Below are positions 1-9,709 of a DNA stretch of 64,000 nucleotides, in pieces. The stretch covers positions 32,531 through 96,530 of the forward strand of contig JANRKS010000026.1 of NCBI GenBank assembly GCA_033763315.1, read 5' to 3'. This DNA comes from Deltaproteobacteria bacterium (lineage in GTDB: Bacteria; Myxococcota_A; Polyangia; Fen-1088). The notes below the pieces were generated by a model that saw only the letters and a list, made by a program, of their open reading frames with translations, had not been told where the DNA came from and made no database searches. Both the position numbers and the translations under genes were made by a program. Position 1 is the stretch's first letter, and each line of letters opens with the position of its first letter.

Positions 1-374
1 GTGCCAACGACGAAGTTCGGTTTGGTGAGATCAAAGGCGCCATCGGCACCAATGAAGTGCCCAGCGACAACATATCGCCAAAGCAAGATCTGTGGGGCAA
101 AGGCCCGGTCATTGCGGCAAATAGCTGGCAGTGCATCGAGGTCGCTTTCTTGGCGAACGAGCCAACACACAAACTATTCGCCTGGAACGGCGACACCTTG
201 GTTCACTCGATCACGGCACCAGATCAATGGAACAACGGCGCGCTCAACGCCGCTTGGATGAGTGGAAAGTTTGTGAATATGATCGTGGGCTGGCACAGCT
301 TCAGCGGGATCAACACAGAGTTGTGGATGGACGACCTGGTGGTTTCCACCGAACGTGTGGGGTGTCCAAAGTAG
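1..374 (+). CDS. C-terminal fragment of a hypothetical, probably secreted, protein; the gene starts left of the window
   Basis: Frame 3 is open from the window edge to TAG 372-374 and is GC3-rich. The tail reads ...GINTELWMDDLVVSTERVGCPK. No family recognised; a concanavalin/LamG-like fold is only a guess. Confidence 0.5.
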   Translation, partial: ANDEVRFGEIKGAIGTNEVPSDNISPKQDLWGKGPVIAANSWQCIEVAFLANEPTHKLFAWNGDTLVHSITAPDQWNNGALNAAWMSGKFVNMIVGWHSFSGINTELWMDDLVVSTERVGCPK

Positions 375-518
375 GCCGAAGGCCGCCGGCCCCCGTGAAC
401 CTTCCAACTGGGAGACGACGTCCCTCCAAGCAAGGGCCCCGCTACCAAATATATTCGGGCACCGCACCCAAGGCAGGTCTGTAAGAGAGCACCAAGTCAT
501 TGGCTAGGGTGGGTGGCT

Positions 519-2735
519 ATGCACGCCTTTCGCTACCCCACCGTTCTTCACGTCCTTCTCATCGCCAGTTGTGCAAAAACCGCGCAGCTGGCCTCACCGC
601 CCGCCGCACAGTTCGCGTCACCAATCCACATAGACCTTGGCGCCAACGAGCCATGGCAAGACGGCGATGTGCAGTGGTCACGCGACACGCTCGGCACCCA
701 CAAACGCATCACCGCCGCAAACAAGCGTCTGTTTGGCACCCGGCGGCCCCACGTCTACAGCACAGCCATTGCGGATGTGCGCGAGCTGGCGCTGCCTTTG
801 CAAAACGGTGCGTACACCGTGGTGCTGCATTTTGCTGAGCTTGATGAGTCCGTTACGGCCGCAGGTCAACGCGTGTTCACCGTGGACGTCGAAGGGCAAA
901 GCCTTGGTAACATCGACTTATGGGACCAAGCGGGTGGCGTGCGCGTACCGCTGGTCAAGAGCGTGCCTGTGGTTGTGCAAGACGGAGCGCTATCACTCGC
1001 ATTTACGTGGCAGGGCCAACGAGGCTCACTGCTAAACGCAATGCAAGTGTGGCCAGCCGCAGCGGTGACGAAAGAAGCGGCACCAGCGGCCATCACACCC
1101 CTTGAGTCCTTCGACAACGTGCCTGATCAAGAGGGCCTGCAAAAGCTCATCGCGTGGGACGGCACCAACAACCGATCCACCGTAAGCCTGGCGGCGCCGG
1201 CCCCACACACAGGCAGCGTTGTACGATGGGATTACACCATCGACACATCAATCGGCTACGGCGATCGCACGGCCATCACGATGGACAAGTTCAAAGCCGA
1301 GCCCATCGACGTGAGCCAAGCCAGCGTGAACGCGTTTCGGTTCTGGTGGCAACCCGACGGTTCGGGCCGCCACTTCTCCGTGCAATTGCGCGGCAAAGGT
1401 GTGTGGTGGAATTACGATCTTCGCATGAACGACGCCACCGCCCGCTGGGTCACCATTCCCTTCGATGTGTTCGGCCGCGGCAACATGGCCTTCAGCAGCC
1501 GCCCCGGCCCTGTGGTGGGCAACATCACGGGCATCGGATTTTTCATCCAATACATTCCTGGCAGTGAGCTGGGCAGCGGCAGCGTTTACCTCGACAACCT
1601 GCAATTCGTTAAAACGCAAACGCCAAACACGTTGTCCGCGGCGTTGCCCACATACTCACCCGCCTTTCATGCGTCGCCGCAAGCATCCGTGTTGGACGAT
1701 TTCGAATCGTACGAAAGTGACGCTCAGCTGCGTGCCAACTTTGGCAACATCGTTCACGGCCACATGTGCACGCTATCGCTTGATGCCAAAACGCTGGGCG
1801 CCGGCAAGCACGCGCTCAGGCTCGACTATGGATTCGGCAAACGCGAATACAGCGGCCTCGTGATGATGCCGCATGTGGATTGGAGCCAGCACAACGCCTT
1901 TCGGTTTTGGGTCAAGCCCGACAACTCAAATAACATTTTGCACACCATCATCGTTTCAAATGGCACGTGGGAACATAAGTTGCCGCTCAACGGCACACAG
2001 GCACAATGGGTGGAGCTGCCGTTCAATGAGCTGTTCGGCGACGTGGCCAACATGAAGCACGTGGAAGAGATTATGATGCGTGTGCGCAACGAGCGCGGTG
2101 GCGCTTCTGAAGGCACGATCTGGCTTGATGAAATCCAAGCCATCCGGTCGGACAAGTACCCCATGACGTTGAAGCCATTGCCACCGCCACCACGATTTTC
2201 CGGTGGCAACCCGATTCGCATCGATAGCGGCGCCGCCACAGATCGCGTGGACACGCAAGGCCGGCCGTGGCTTGCCGATCAGGGTTTCATTTGGGGGAAC
2301 CAAACAGGCGACGTCGTGTGCGGCTATGAGTTTTCATACGCCGACACCCAAGATCCGCTGCTCTACTGCACCGAGCGCGTGGGTTTTCCCGGCTATCGCT
2401 TCGCCGTGGAAAACGGCAATTATCTCGTGCGCCTTCACTTCGTGGAGAATTGGGCGCCCATCACGACCCCAGGCCAGCGAGTCTTCGGCCTCACCATCAA
2501 CGACACCGTTTACCCAGACGTTGATCCGTTTGCGCAAGGCGGGGGCTTACACAAAACTTCGGTGCGCGAAGTGCCTGTCACCGTCAGCAACGGCGAACTT
2601 CACATCGGCTTTGCCACCAAGCGCACCCAACCTCGCATCGCTGGGCTGGAGATCTTACCTGTCGCAGCCGAGGCGCCGAAGCCCAGCGCTAAGGCACGCT
2701 CAGCTCGAAGTCGTCAAACCAAGCCCAATCCGTAG
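519..2735 (+). CDS. Malectin-domain / carbohydrate-binding-module lipoprotein
   Basis: Lipobox LLIASC. Malectin-like modules at both ends (GQRVFTVDVEGQ, GQRVFGLTINDT, LHFAE/LHFVE). Two central CBM11-like modules (AFRFWWQPDGSG, AFRFWVKPDNSN). The ORF opens at GTG 513; ATG is at 519. Confidence 0.8.
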   Translation: MHAFRYPTVLHVLLIASCAKTAQLASPPAAQFASPIHIDLGANEPWQDGDVQWSRDTLGTHKRITAANKRLFGTRRPHVYSTAIADVRELALPLQNGAYTVVLHFAELDESVTAAGQRVFTVDVEGQSLGNIDLWDQAGGVRVPLVKSVPVVVQDGALSLAFTWQGQRGSLLNAMQVWPAAAVTKEAAPAAITPLESFDNVPDQEGLQKLIAWDGTNNRSTVSLAAPAPHTGSVVRWDYTIDTSIGYGDRTAITMDKFKAEPIDVSQASVNAFRFWWQPDGSGRHFSVQLRGKGVWWNYDLRMNDATARWVTIPFDVFGRGNMAFSSRPGPVVGNITGIGFFIQYIPGSELGSGSVYLDNLQFVKTQTPNTLSAALPTYSPAFHASPQASVLDDFESYESDAQLRANFGNIVHGHMCTLSLDAKTLGAGKHALRLDYGFGKREYSGLVMMPHVDWSQHNAFRFWVKPDNSNNILHTIIVSNGTWEHKLPLNGTQAQWVELPFNELFGDVANMKHVEEIMMRVRNERGGASEGTIWLDEIQAIRSDKYPMTLKPLPPPPRFSGGNPIRIDSGAATDRVDTQGRPWLADQGFIWGNQTGDVVCGYEFSYADTQDPLLYCTERVGFPGYRFAVENGNYLVRLHFVENWAPITTPGQRVFGLTINDTVYPDVDPFAQGGGLHKTSVREVPVTVSNGELHIGFATKRTQPRIAGLEILPVAAEAPKPSAKARSARSRQTKPNP

Positions 2736-3387
2736 AGCCCGAATCCGCCTGGCTGAACAGGCCCACGTTCACCGGGCCTTCGTTCTTGATCGCGTCCACA
2801 TCAAAGTGATGCGTCCAGTCCTTGTCACCGGGGAAGCGGTACGACGTAATGAATTTTTCGCCGTCGTACTGCAGCCTCAGCTCGACTTCGATCTTGCCGA
2901 CGTGAACATCCTTTTCGCAAATGCCTTTGCAATGGCAAGGCACGCCATCATCCTCGCGCAAGAAGATCACGTGCGTGCCCTTGTTGTACCAATACTCAAG
3001 GATGTACTTCGCGTAGCGATCTTTGTCGTAAAACACAACGAAGCCTGCTTGCCCGTAAGGTTTATCCACGTCGAAGCCAACCTTCACCCTCATCTCTAGG
3101 CCGCGACGAAACGGAACGGCGGGACGGTACAACACGGGTATTTTCATGTTGATGCCGTAAAAGCCTTTGCCCGGAAAGCGCTTCATATTGAGGCGCTGCC
3201 CTTCGATGTTCCAAGCGGCCGGATCTTCGTCGAGCCACACCCAGCCGGGGCCAAGCTTACCCTCGAAACCGTCGCGAACGATCTCCTTTGGCTGGGGCCA
3301 AGGTGCCACGGGTTTCGTGGCGGGCTGCGGCGCCGTGCAAGCGCCAAGGAGAATCGCGGTGACCCACAAACAAGCTTTGGTAAGCAT
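2689..3387 (-). CDS. Concanavalin-A-like / DUF1349-like lipoprotein
   Basis: Lipobox ILLGAC. The body (GFVVFYDKDRYAKY, VNVGLFSQ, WAWFDDFEL) resembles the DUF1349 / beta-xylosidase C-terminal-like fold. The 3' end overlaps the malectin gene by 47 nt. Confidence 0.65.
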   Translation of the reverse strand: MLTKACLWVTAILLGACTAPQPATKPVAPWPQPKEIVRDGFEGKLGPGWVWLDEDPAAWNIEGQRLNMKRFPGKGFYGINMKIPVLYRPAVPFRRGLEMRVKVGFDVDKPYGQAGFVVFYDKDRYAKYILEYWYNKGTHVIFLREDDGVPCHCKGICEKDVHVGKIEVELRLQYDGEKFITSYRFPGDKDWTHHFDVDAIKNEGPVNVGLFSQADSGSTDWAWFDDFELSVP

Positions 3388-3649
3388 CGCTGCTGAAGCT
3401 AAGGCCCAGGTTACCCAGCGCCCACCTGAAGATCGCTCACAAAGAAGCCCGAAGAAGCTCGGGGCACCCTTCTAAAGTGGCCCCCACATTCGATGCAAAA
3501 TTTGCTTGCCTTCCAGGCTCGCCGCCTTTACCTTCACCAACCATGAGCTTTGCACCCTTCCATACGCGACCGTTTGTCGCAACCGCCGCCCACAGCGGCG
3601 ATGGTCGGGTACTCTGAGCGTCACCACCACGAAGCTCAGTGTGTGAATC

Positions 3650-3680
3650 AACCCGGCCGAATGTGCCGGGTTTTTTATTG
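3650..3680 (+). terminator. Intrinsic terminator inside the MATE leader (candidate attenuator)
   Basis: AACCCGGC (3650-3657), a 7-nt loop, GCCGGGTT (3665-3672), then TTTTATTG. It lies about 35 nt upstream of the MATE RBS, and no upstream + strand gene exists for it to terminate. Confidence 0.55.
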
Positions 3681-3711
3681 CCCTCGCGTTCGGCCACGTT
3701 CGAGGAAAGTT

Positions 3712-5157
3712 ATGCAAACGCACGAATCAGAAGCGCAACCGTTGGCCGCAGGGGTAGGCGCCGCCGCCAAGCCACAGGGCATGTGGTCATTGATGAAAGA
3801 AGCCGTCGCGGGCTCACGACGCGATTTCACCACCGAAGATCTGGGCCGCGCCGTCATTTTGTTGGCGGTGCCCATGGTGCTGGAGATGGTGATGGAATCC
3901 ATCTTCGCGGTGGTCGATATCTTTTGGGTCTCGAAGCTGGGCCCCGAGGCCGTGGCTTCGGTGGGCCTCACCGAATCGTTGTTGAATCTGCTTTACGCTT
4001 TGGCGATCGGACTTTCGATGGGCGCCGCAGCGGTGGTGTCGAGGCGCATCGGTGAAAAAGATCCGGAGGGCGCCGCGCGTGCGGCGTTTCAAGCCATTCT
4101 GCTGGGCGGCGGCTTATCCGTTGTGATCGGCGTGGGTGGCGCGGTGGCGGCGCCACAGTTGTTGCAACTCATGGGTGCGTCGGCCGAGACCACGCGCGTG
4201 GGCGTCAATTACACGCGGGTGATGTTAGGCGGCAGCGCCACCGTTGTGATGCTGTTCTTGATCAACGCCATCTTCCGTGGCGCAGGTGATGCGGCCGTGG
4301 CAATGCGCACGTTGTGGTTGGCCAACGGCATCAACATCGTGCTCGGCCCCTTCTTAGTGTTCGGCTGGGGCCCGTTTCCTAAGTGGGGCGTGGCCGGCGC
4401 GGCGGTGGCCACCACGATTGGCCGCGGCACGGGCGTGCTTTACCAGCTTTACAAACTCACGCGTCCAACATCACGCGTGGCGCTCAAGCGGCGTCACTTA
4501 ATCTTCGAAGCCGACGTGATGAAAACGATCATACGCATCGCCCGCAGTGGTGTGTTCCAGGTGTTGGTGGGCAGCGCCAGCTGGATCGCGCTTGTGCGCG
4601 TGCTGGCAAACTTTGGCAGCACCGCCGTGGCGGGCTACACAATCGCCATAAGGGTCGTTCTGTTCGCGCTCTTGCCCTCGTGGGGGATGGCGAATGCGGC
4701 CGCCACGTTGGTGGGGCAAAACCTCGGCGCCAAACAGCCCGACCGCGCCGAACAAGCCGTTTGGCGCGCGGCCATTTACAACCTTTACTTCCTTGGCACA
4801 GTGGGGGTGATCTTCTTCATCTTCGCGGGCAACATCGCTGCTTTGTTCGCGCCCGATCCCGAAGTCGTCGCCTATGCCACAAGGTGTTTGCGGATCGTCA
4901 GCGCCGGCTTCTTGTTCTATGCCGTGGGTATGGTGGTCACCCAGGCTTTCAACGGCGCAGGCGACACAAAAACGCCCACATGGATCAACATCATCTGCTT
5001 TTGGCTGTGGGAGATCCCCTTGGCCTACGCGCTGTCGCACTTCACCAAGCTTGGGCCCACGGGTGTGTTTACCGCCATCATGACGGCGTTTTCGTTGGTG
5101 GCTGTGTTGAGCGTGGTGTTGTTTAAGCGCGGCACATGGAAAGTCATTCGCGTATGA
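3712..5157 (+). CDS. MATE family efflux transporter
   Basis: GAGGAAAG RBS before ATG 3712. Typical MATE N-terminus (ILLAVPMVLEMVMESIFAVVDIFWVSKLG) and a 12-TM-like hydrophobic profile. The track ORF start at 3550 is an in-frame leader extension. Confidence 0.9.
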   Translation: MQTHESEAQPLAAGVGAAAKPQGMWSLMKEAVAGSRRDFTTEDLGRAVILLAVPMVLEMVMESIFAVVDIFWVSKLGPEAVASVGLTESLLNLLYALAIGLSMGAAAVVSRRIGEKDPEGAARAAFQAILLGGGLSVVIGVGGAVAAPQLLQLMGASAETTRVGVNYTRVMLGGSATVVMLFLINAIFRGAGDAAVAMRTLWLANGINIVLGPFLVFGWGPFPKWGVAGAAVATTIGRGTGVLYQLYKLTRPTSRVALKRRHLIFEADVMKTIIRIARSGVFQVLVGSASWIALVRVLANFGSTAVAGYTIAIRVVLFALLPSWGMANAAATLVGQNLGAKQPDRAEQAVWRAAIYNLYFLGTVGVIFFIFAGNIAALFAPDPEVVAYATRCLRIVSAGFLFYAVGMVVTQAFNGAGDTKTPTWINIICFWLWEIPLAYALSHFTKLGPTGVFTAIMTAFSLVAVLSVVLFKRGTWKVIRV

Positions 5158-5572
5158 GCCGCGCGGCGTTTCTGGTTCGAGGAAGCGTTAAGGCAACTGC
5201 CGCGATGAGCAACGCGGTACCCGCAACCGCGGGCTGCAACCCTGATACGAAACCAATGATGAGAACCTGAGCCACGATCCAACCGATCAAAACGGCTGCC
5301 GCGAACAGCGCCCACAGCCGAGCGCTATTCGCGCCAGCAAACACCGCCCACGCCGCTGTCCCGCATACGCCGCCAACGCCGAAGCACAGGATGAGGCTGG
5401 GAATGAAGTAGTTCGTGAAGAAGCTGCCCTGCAGCCAGGCGGTGGGCACACCTTCCGCCCCTGCCATGCCGTAGATGCCACCACCAACGGCATTGAGGCA
5501 CACAAAACCGAGGAGCCCGCCCAGCATGAGGCTCGGCCATCGTGATGCAAAAGACGTTTTCGCCTTCGCCAT
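5144..5572 (-). CDS. Small integral membrane protein (about 4 TM), function unknown
   Basis: Four hydrophobic segments rich in G/A/L. The start could be 5590 or 5572. The 3' end overlaps the MATE stop by 14 nt (convergent). Confidence 0.55.
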   Translation of the reverse strand: MAKAKTSFASRWPSLMLGGLLGFVCLNAVGGGIYGMAGAEGVPTAWLQGSFFTNYFIPSLILCFGVGGVCGTAAWAVFAGANSARLWALFAAAVLIGWIVAQVLIIGFVSGLQPAVAGTALLIAAVALTLPRTRNAARLIRE

Positions 5573-5644
5573 TTGATCGCCTTTTACCACATGGTCGACC
5601 TTTCCCCGAGGACAGGCCGCTGCGAGCAGCGCAAGGACATGTTC

Positions 5645-7306
5645 CTAAAGCGTAGACAGCCAGAATGCACAGTCGTCAGTCCGCACACCGTCCGCCACCA
5701 CGATCGGCGAATCGAGGCGCAGGCTCTTCTTTACACCTGCACCGTAACCTGGCCACAGCGGGGCTTCCCCACCATTGGGATCACCCGTGGCGGCGAAACG
5801 TGACCAATATCCCAGCATCGCGTTGGCCAGCGAACTTTCAGTGGGCGTTGCCATTTTCAGGGTCTGGAACAGATACGCAATTTCAACGCCGTGGTAAGCG
5901 CCCAGCAAAGCGGCGGCGGGCGACACATCGCGGGCCTTCGAGAACAAGTAGTGAAACACAGTGGGCGATCCACCAATCACAGCCGCGTCCGCATAGAACA
6001 CCGACGGGCAAATGAAACGGTAGTCAGACGTCACCGCCACGGCCGCTTCGCGTGGTGATGTGAACCGCGACACGGGATATTGCTTCAACACACGCGCTGC
6101 GAGCGTAGGACCAAATAGATCGCCAAGCCAAGCCACATACTCCAACGCCGTCTTGGGCCCCGCGCCGATCATGAGATTCGTTTCGTCGGCATTCGCGCCA
6201 AACACGATGGGAACTTTGTTGTGGCGGCCAGAGCGGATCGCCGCCAAGGGCACCTCCTTCAACACGAAGCCGTCCACAACCGAGCCATACTCGCCGGCCC
6301 CCTGTTTCAAACCCAACGAAAGGTTCTTCGGCCCCGCATCGATGATCTCTTGAGCCGTCTTGGCTCGCAAGCAAGCGGCAACATCGCTGGTGGTGCACCC
6401 CGCCTTCGAGCCAAGCGCCAAACCTTCTGCTTCACCTTCGGCCAACGAAGCATTGCCGACGCAACCTCCGCTTTGCACAAGCGCACGATGAAAGAGGCCC
6501 GCTGCCAGTGGCGAAGCCACAAGCGTGCAGGTGTTGACGCCGCCCGCAGATTCACCAAACACCAGCACGCGGTTTGGATCGCCACCAAAGGCTGCGATGT
6601 TGCGCTTGACCCACTTTAGAACCGCGAGCTGATCCAATACCCCGTAGTTTCCTGAAACCTTCTCGTCGCGTTCTGCCGAAAGCGCAGGGTGCGACAGAAA
6701 GCCTAAGGCCCCCAAACGATAGTTGAACGTCACAACAACCACGCCGCCTTTTTCGCTCAGCGCCGTGCCATCGTAAAAAGGTTCAGAGCCAGCCCCCTGC
6801 ATATTGCCGCCGCCGTGAATAAACAGCATCACGGGCTTGGGTGCGGTTGTTGACTGCAAGCGCGTCCAAACGTTAAGCGTCAAGCAGTCTTCATTGCCTT
6901 GCAAAGCGGCGTTCGGATCCCCGGGCTTGCCCTGCTCAACTGGACGCTGCGGGCAGATAGGGCCAAAGTCCGTGGCTTCACGAACGCCCGACCAACAGGC
7001 AGCAGCCGCCGGTGGGCGAAACCGACGCTCGCCCGTGGGAGGAGCCGCGTAAGGAATGCCTAGAAACGCTGTGACGGCGCTATCGGCGGCCGCGGCCTTG
7101 CCTCGCACCGCGCCCGTATCAATGAACACCACGCCTGGTGCCGCAGGTGGTAGTGAGCAGCTGTTCCCGGATGCGTCGACCATGGGGCTTGCCCCATCGT
7201 CCTGCCCTCCGCCGTCTGCCCCCGCGTCAGTGACGCCCTGAGATTCATCCGCGTCAGAACAAGCGACCACCCCTATCAGAAGGGCAACGATGAGACTACG
7301 TGTCAT
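5645..7306 (-). CDS. Carboxylesterase/lipase type B (para-nitrobenzyl-esterase-like) lipoprotein
   Basis: FLGIPYAAPPTGERRFRPP, the nucleophile elbow FGESAGG, and lipobox VVAC after ATG 7306. Confidence 0.9.
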   Translation of the reverse strand: MTRSLIVALLIGVVACSDADESQGVTDAGADGGGQDDGASPMVDASGNSCSLPPAAPGVVFIDTGAVRGKAAAADSAVTAFLGIPYAAPPTGERRFRPPAAAACWSGVREATDFGPICPQRPVEQGKPGDPNAALQGNEDCLTLNVWTRLQSTTAPKPVMLFIHGGGNMQGAGSEPFYDGTALSEKGGVVVVTFNYRLGALGFLSHPALSAERDEKVSGNYGVLDQLAVLKWVKRNIAAFGGDPNRVLVFGESAGGVNTCTLVASPLAAGLFHRALVQSGGCVGNASLAEGEAEGLALGSKAGCTTSDVAACLRAKTAQEIIDAGPKNLSLGLKQGAGEYGSVVDGFVLKEVPLAAIRSGRHNKVPIVFGANADETNLMIGAGPKTALEYVAWLGDLFGPTLAARVLKQYPVSRFTSPREAAVAVTSDYRFICPSVFYADAAVIGGSPTVFHYLFSKARDVSPAAALLGAYHGVEIAYLFQTLKMATPTESSLANAMLGYWSRFAATGDPNGGEAPLWPGYGAGVKKSLRLDSPIVVADGVRTDDCAFWLSTL

Positions 7307-7467
7307 GGCGCTATGGACACAACCCAGCGCCAAAAGTGAAAGCCGATTTCGAAGAAATGTGATGGCTCCCACCGGAGCTACGCTTTCATCTAGCCCAGCG
7401 GCTTTGTGCTTTGCGACCCAATGGCCATCCTTTAATCACGGCGTCACTTCGCGAGGCCGCCCGTGGG

Positions 7468-8334
7468 TTACCGCTGATTCGGCTTTTCGAATTTCACGGC
7501 CACGCTCATCGCAATAAAATCGGCCCGGGTGCCAAAGAAGCGGCCCGAGATCGGCATGACAGCTCGTGGGTGGTTGCTCACGCCAATTGAAACATGTTTG
7601 TGGCTTACCTCATCGCCCAACGTGGGATCAAAGCCGCTCCAGCCATGAGCCGGCAGATACGCCTCCATCCACGCGTGGGTGGACGCGCGGCCGGCTTCTG
7701 AAGCGGCGCAATCAAGGTAACCGCTGCAAAACCGCGCCGCAAAACCTAGCGCGCGGCACGCCTCCATCAGCAGCGTGGCCATGTCACGACATGAACCCGA
7801 TTGCTTCTGCAGGGTCTCTGCCGGTGTTTGCACGCCCTTTTCCTCGCGGCGCGCATACCGAATGGTTTCTTTGATTTCTCGATTGAGCGTCGCCACAATG
7901 GCGAACGCATTGTTTTGATCGGCCTTCGCGATGACCGCGGGCAGCCAAGCCTGCAAGGACGGCAGGTCCCCCGGGTAAATCGGGGTCTTGTAGGCATTGG
8001 CCACCAAAGCCTCTTCGTCATCGTAGGCCACCGGATAGGCCATCACGCTTTGATCGGCCTCCTCAAGGCGAGGCAACGCGTGCAAGTTGACCTTCACGCA
8101 GGAGACAATGCGCAGCTCGTCGCAAGGCTGCTGAAAATCAACCGTCGCCACGCTGTTGCCAAAGACATCGCGGCTCCAACGAACGGTATGCGCGGGCGTG
8201 ATGTCGAGGTCCATCGAAACCACCTGCAAATCGTGGCCTTCGCGTGGGCGCAACACAAGCCGGTGCTGGCCCAACTCAACGGGTACGCGGTATCGATACA
8301 CGGTTTCGTGTGTGATGATGAGCTGCGACAACAC
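7468..8334 (-). CDS. Transglutaminase-like family protein (Bact_transglu_N + transglutaminase core)
   Basis: N-terminus ITHETVYRYRVPV; catalytic Cys context GSCRDMATLLMEACRALGFAARFCSGY. Confidence 0.85.
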   Translation of the reverse strand: MLSQLIITHETVYRYRVPVELGQHRLVLRPREGHDLQVVSMDLDITPAHTVRWSRDVFGNSVATVDFQQPCDELRIVSCVKVNLHALPRLEEADQSVMAYPVAYDDEEALVANAYKTPIYPGDLPSLQAWLPAVIAKADQNNAFAIVATLNREIKETIRYARREEKGVQTPAETLQKQSGSCRDMATLLMEACRALGFAARFCSGYLDCAASEAGRASTHAWMEAYLPAHGWSGFDPTLGDEVSHKHVSIGVSNHPRAVMPISGRFFGTRADFIAMSVAVKFEKPNQR

Positions 8335-8357
8335 GGCAACACCTTTACGGCCGGCGC

Positions 8358-9209
8358 TTAAGCGGCGTCCAAGGAAAATCCGCGGTCACGCAGGTCGGTA
8401 CGCCGCAAAGCTTTAAACCCAGCTTCTGTGGGTTGACAGTCAACCGTCATCTTCCGTGTGGTAACGGCACCAAAGATCGTGGCCACTGCAGCATCCGCTG
8501 CGTCGCGGCCCGTGGCGATGCGCACAAGGCCATTAAGCGGCGCCAGCCGTGTGGCATCAAACAGCAGCCAACGTTCGCCAATATACGCCTCAAAGCATGC
8601 GTGGAAATCTGGAGGCTCAAGCTGGTGAGCGTATCCCGTGAAATACCGTGCGGGAATCGTCAAAGCGCGACAAAGCGCAATGCCCAAATGAGCAAAATCC
8701 CGGCACACACCTGAGCGTTCGGTGATCGTATCAAACGCCGACGTTTGGGCATCCGTGCTGCCGCGCACGTACTCAACGTTATCGAAAATCCAATCTGAAA
8801 CCGCGGCCACACGATCGTACGTGTCTGCGATCTCACCAAACATCTTCCAAGCCAAACGGTTGAGCTTGTCGGATTGGCAATAACGGCTTGGGAACAAGAA
8901 CGGAATGACAGAGCTATCCATGCGCTTCACAGCCACCGGCGTAAGCTTCTGATGCTCAATCAACTCGTGCTCGCGCTCCACCAAAGCTTCGTACCTGATC
9001 ACGACCTCCTTGGCTTTGCCTGTGTTCAGGCGAACGAAACGGTTTTCTCCACTTTGCGACTCGAACTCTTCGTAGGGAAGCTTCGGCTCAAGTGTCAGCG
9101 TCTCTTTGAGAACGGCTTGCGACGGCGTTCGCAACGCGTGCACGTTCAGGATGATTGTGCTTGGCGCTTGCACGTCGTAGTGAAGTTCGCTGAAGACGCG
9201 GAATTTCAT
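8358..9209 (-). CDS. Transglutaminase-like family protein (paralogue of the downstream gene)
   Basis: Catalytic Cys context GVCRDFAHLGIALCRALTIPARYFTGY. A 23-nt gap separates it from the next transglutaminase gene, consistent with one operon. Confidence 0.85.
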   Translation of the reverse strand: MKFRVFSELHYDVQAPSTIILNVHALRTPSQAVLKETLTLEPKLPYEEFESQSGENRFVRLNTGKAKEVVIRYEALVEREHELIEHQKLTPVAVKRMDSSVIPFLFPSRYCQSDKLNRLAWKMFGEIADTYDRVAAVSDWIFDNVEYVRGSTDAQTSAFDTITERSGVCRDFAHLGIALCRALTIPARYFTGYAHQLEPPDFHACFEAYIGERWLLFDATRLAPLNGLVRIATGRDAADAAVATIFGAVTTRKMTVDCQPTEAGFKALRRTDLRDRGFSLDAA

Positions 9210-9709
9210 TTCACTTGGACCCTACCAAGCGTCAGTGGTGTGTAAAGCCAGTGGGCTTGAAGGAGATCTTGTTTCCATCACACTTTGTTGCCGGCAGGTA
9301 AAACAAAGCGTTCCCTGCGCCACACAGCTCTGTTGGCACATCGGGCGTGTGATCCTCGCTTGCCGGGAGGTGGAGGGCGGGAGTACAAACGCGGCCGATC
9401 GACGGTCGCTCGACCTCCGCGGCATCTCCGGGTGAAGTCACGGCTCTCGCGGCCACCATTCAGTTTGAAGTCGAGCGGCTGCGGTCGGTGACAAAGTTGC
9501 CGGATGATGTTGACCGCGAGGCGGCCCGCGACCCGGCAGCCGCTGCAGATGGAGCCGCGTCTTCGAGTCGGAGTATGATGCGCTATGGCCGCTCCACATC
9601 ATGATCGTTTTCGGGCCTATGCTCTAGACGGGTCCGCCCATTATTTTCACCCCCGCACGGGCACGCACGTCCGGGTGGCGAGCCCCGAGACCCCGCCCCA
9701 CCCCGAACA

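Noticed and set aside
3550-3711. N-terminal 54-codon extension of the MATE ORF, including a CACCACCAC His-codon run at 3622-3630 that could suggest a his-type leader peptide.
   Set aside because: The extension runs through four stable hairpins and an intrinsic terminator. A good RBS precedes ATG 3712, where MATE homology begins. Three His codons without a short, separately terminated leader ORF do not make an attenuator peptide.
9437-9603. A coding-looking frame (QFEVERLRSVTKLPDDVDREAARDPAAAADG...) upstream of the AbiE-like pair.
   Set aside because: It has no start codon or RBS, only about 55 codons between stops, and no recognisable family. I kept it only as a possible gene relic in the finding on the 9210-9765 gap.
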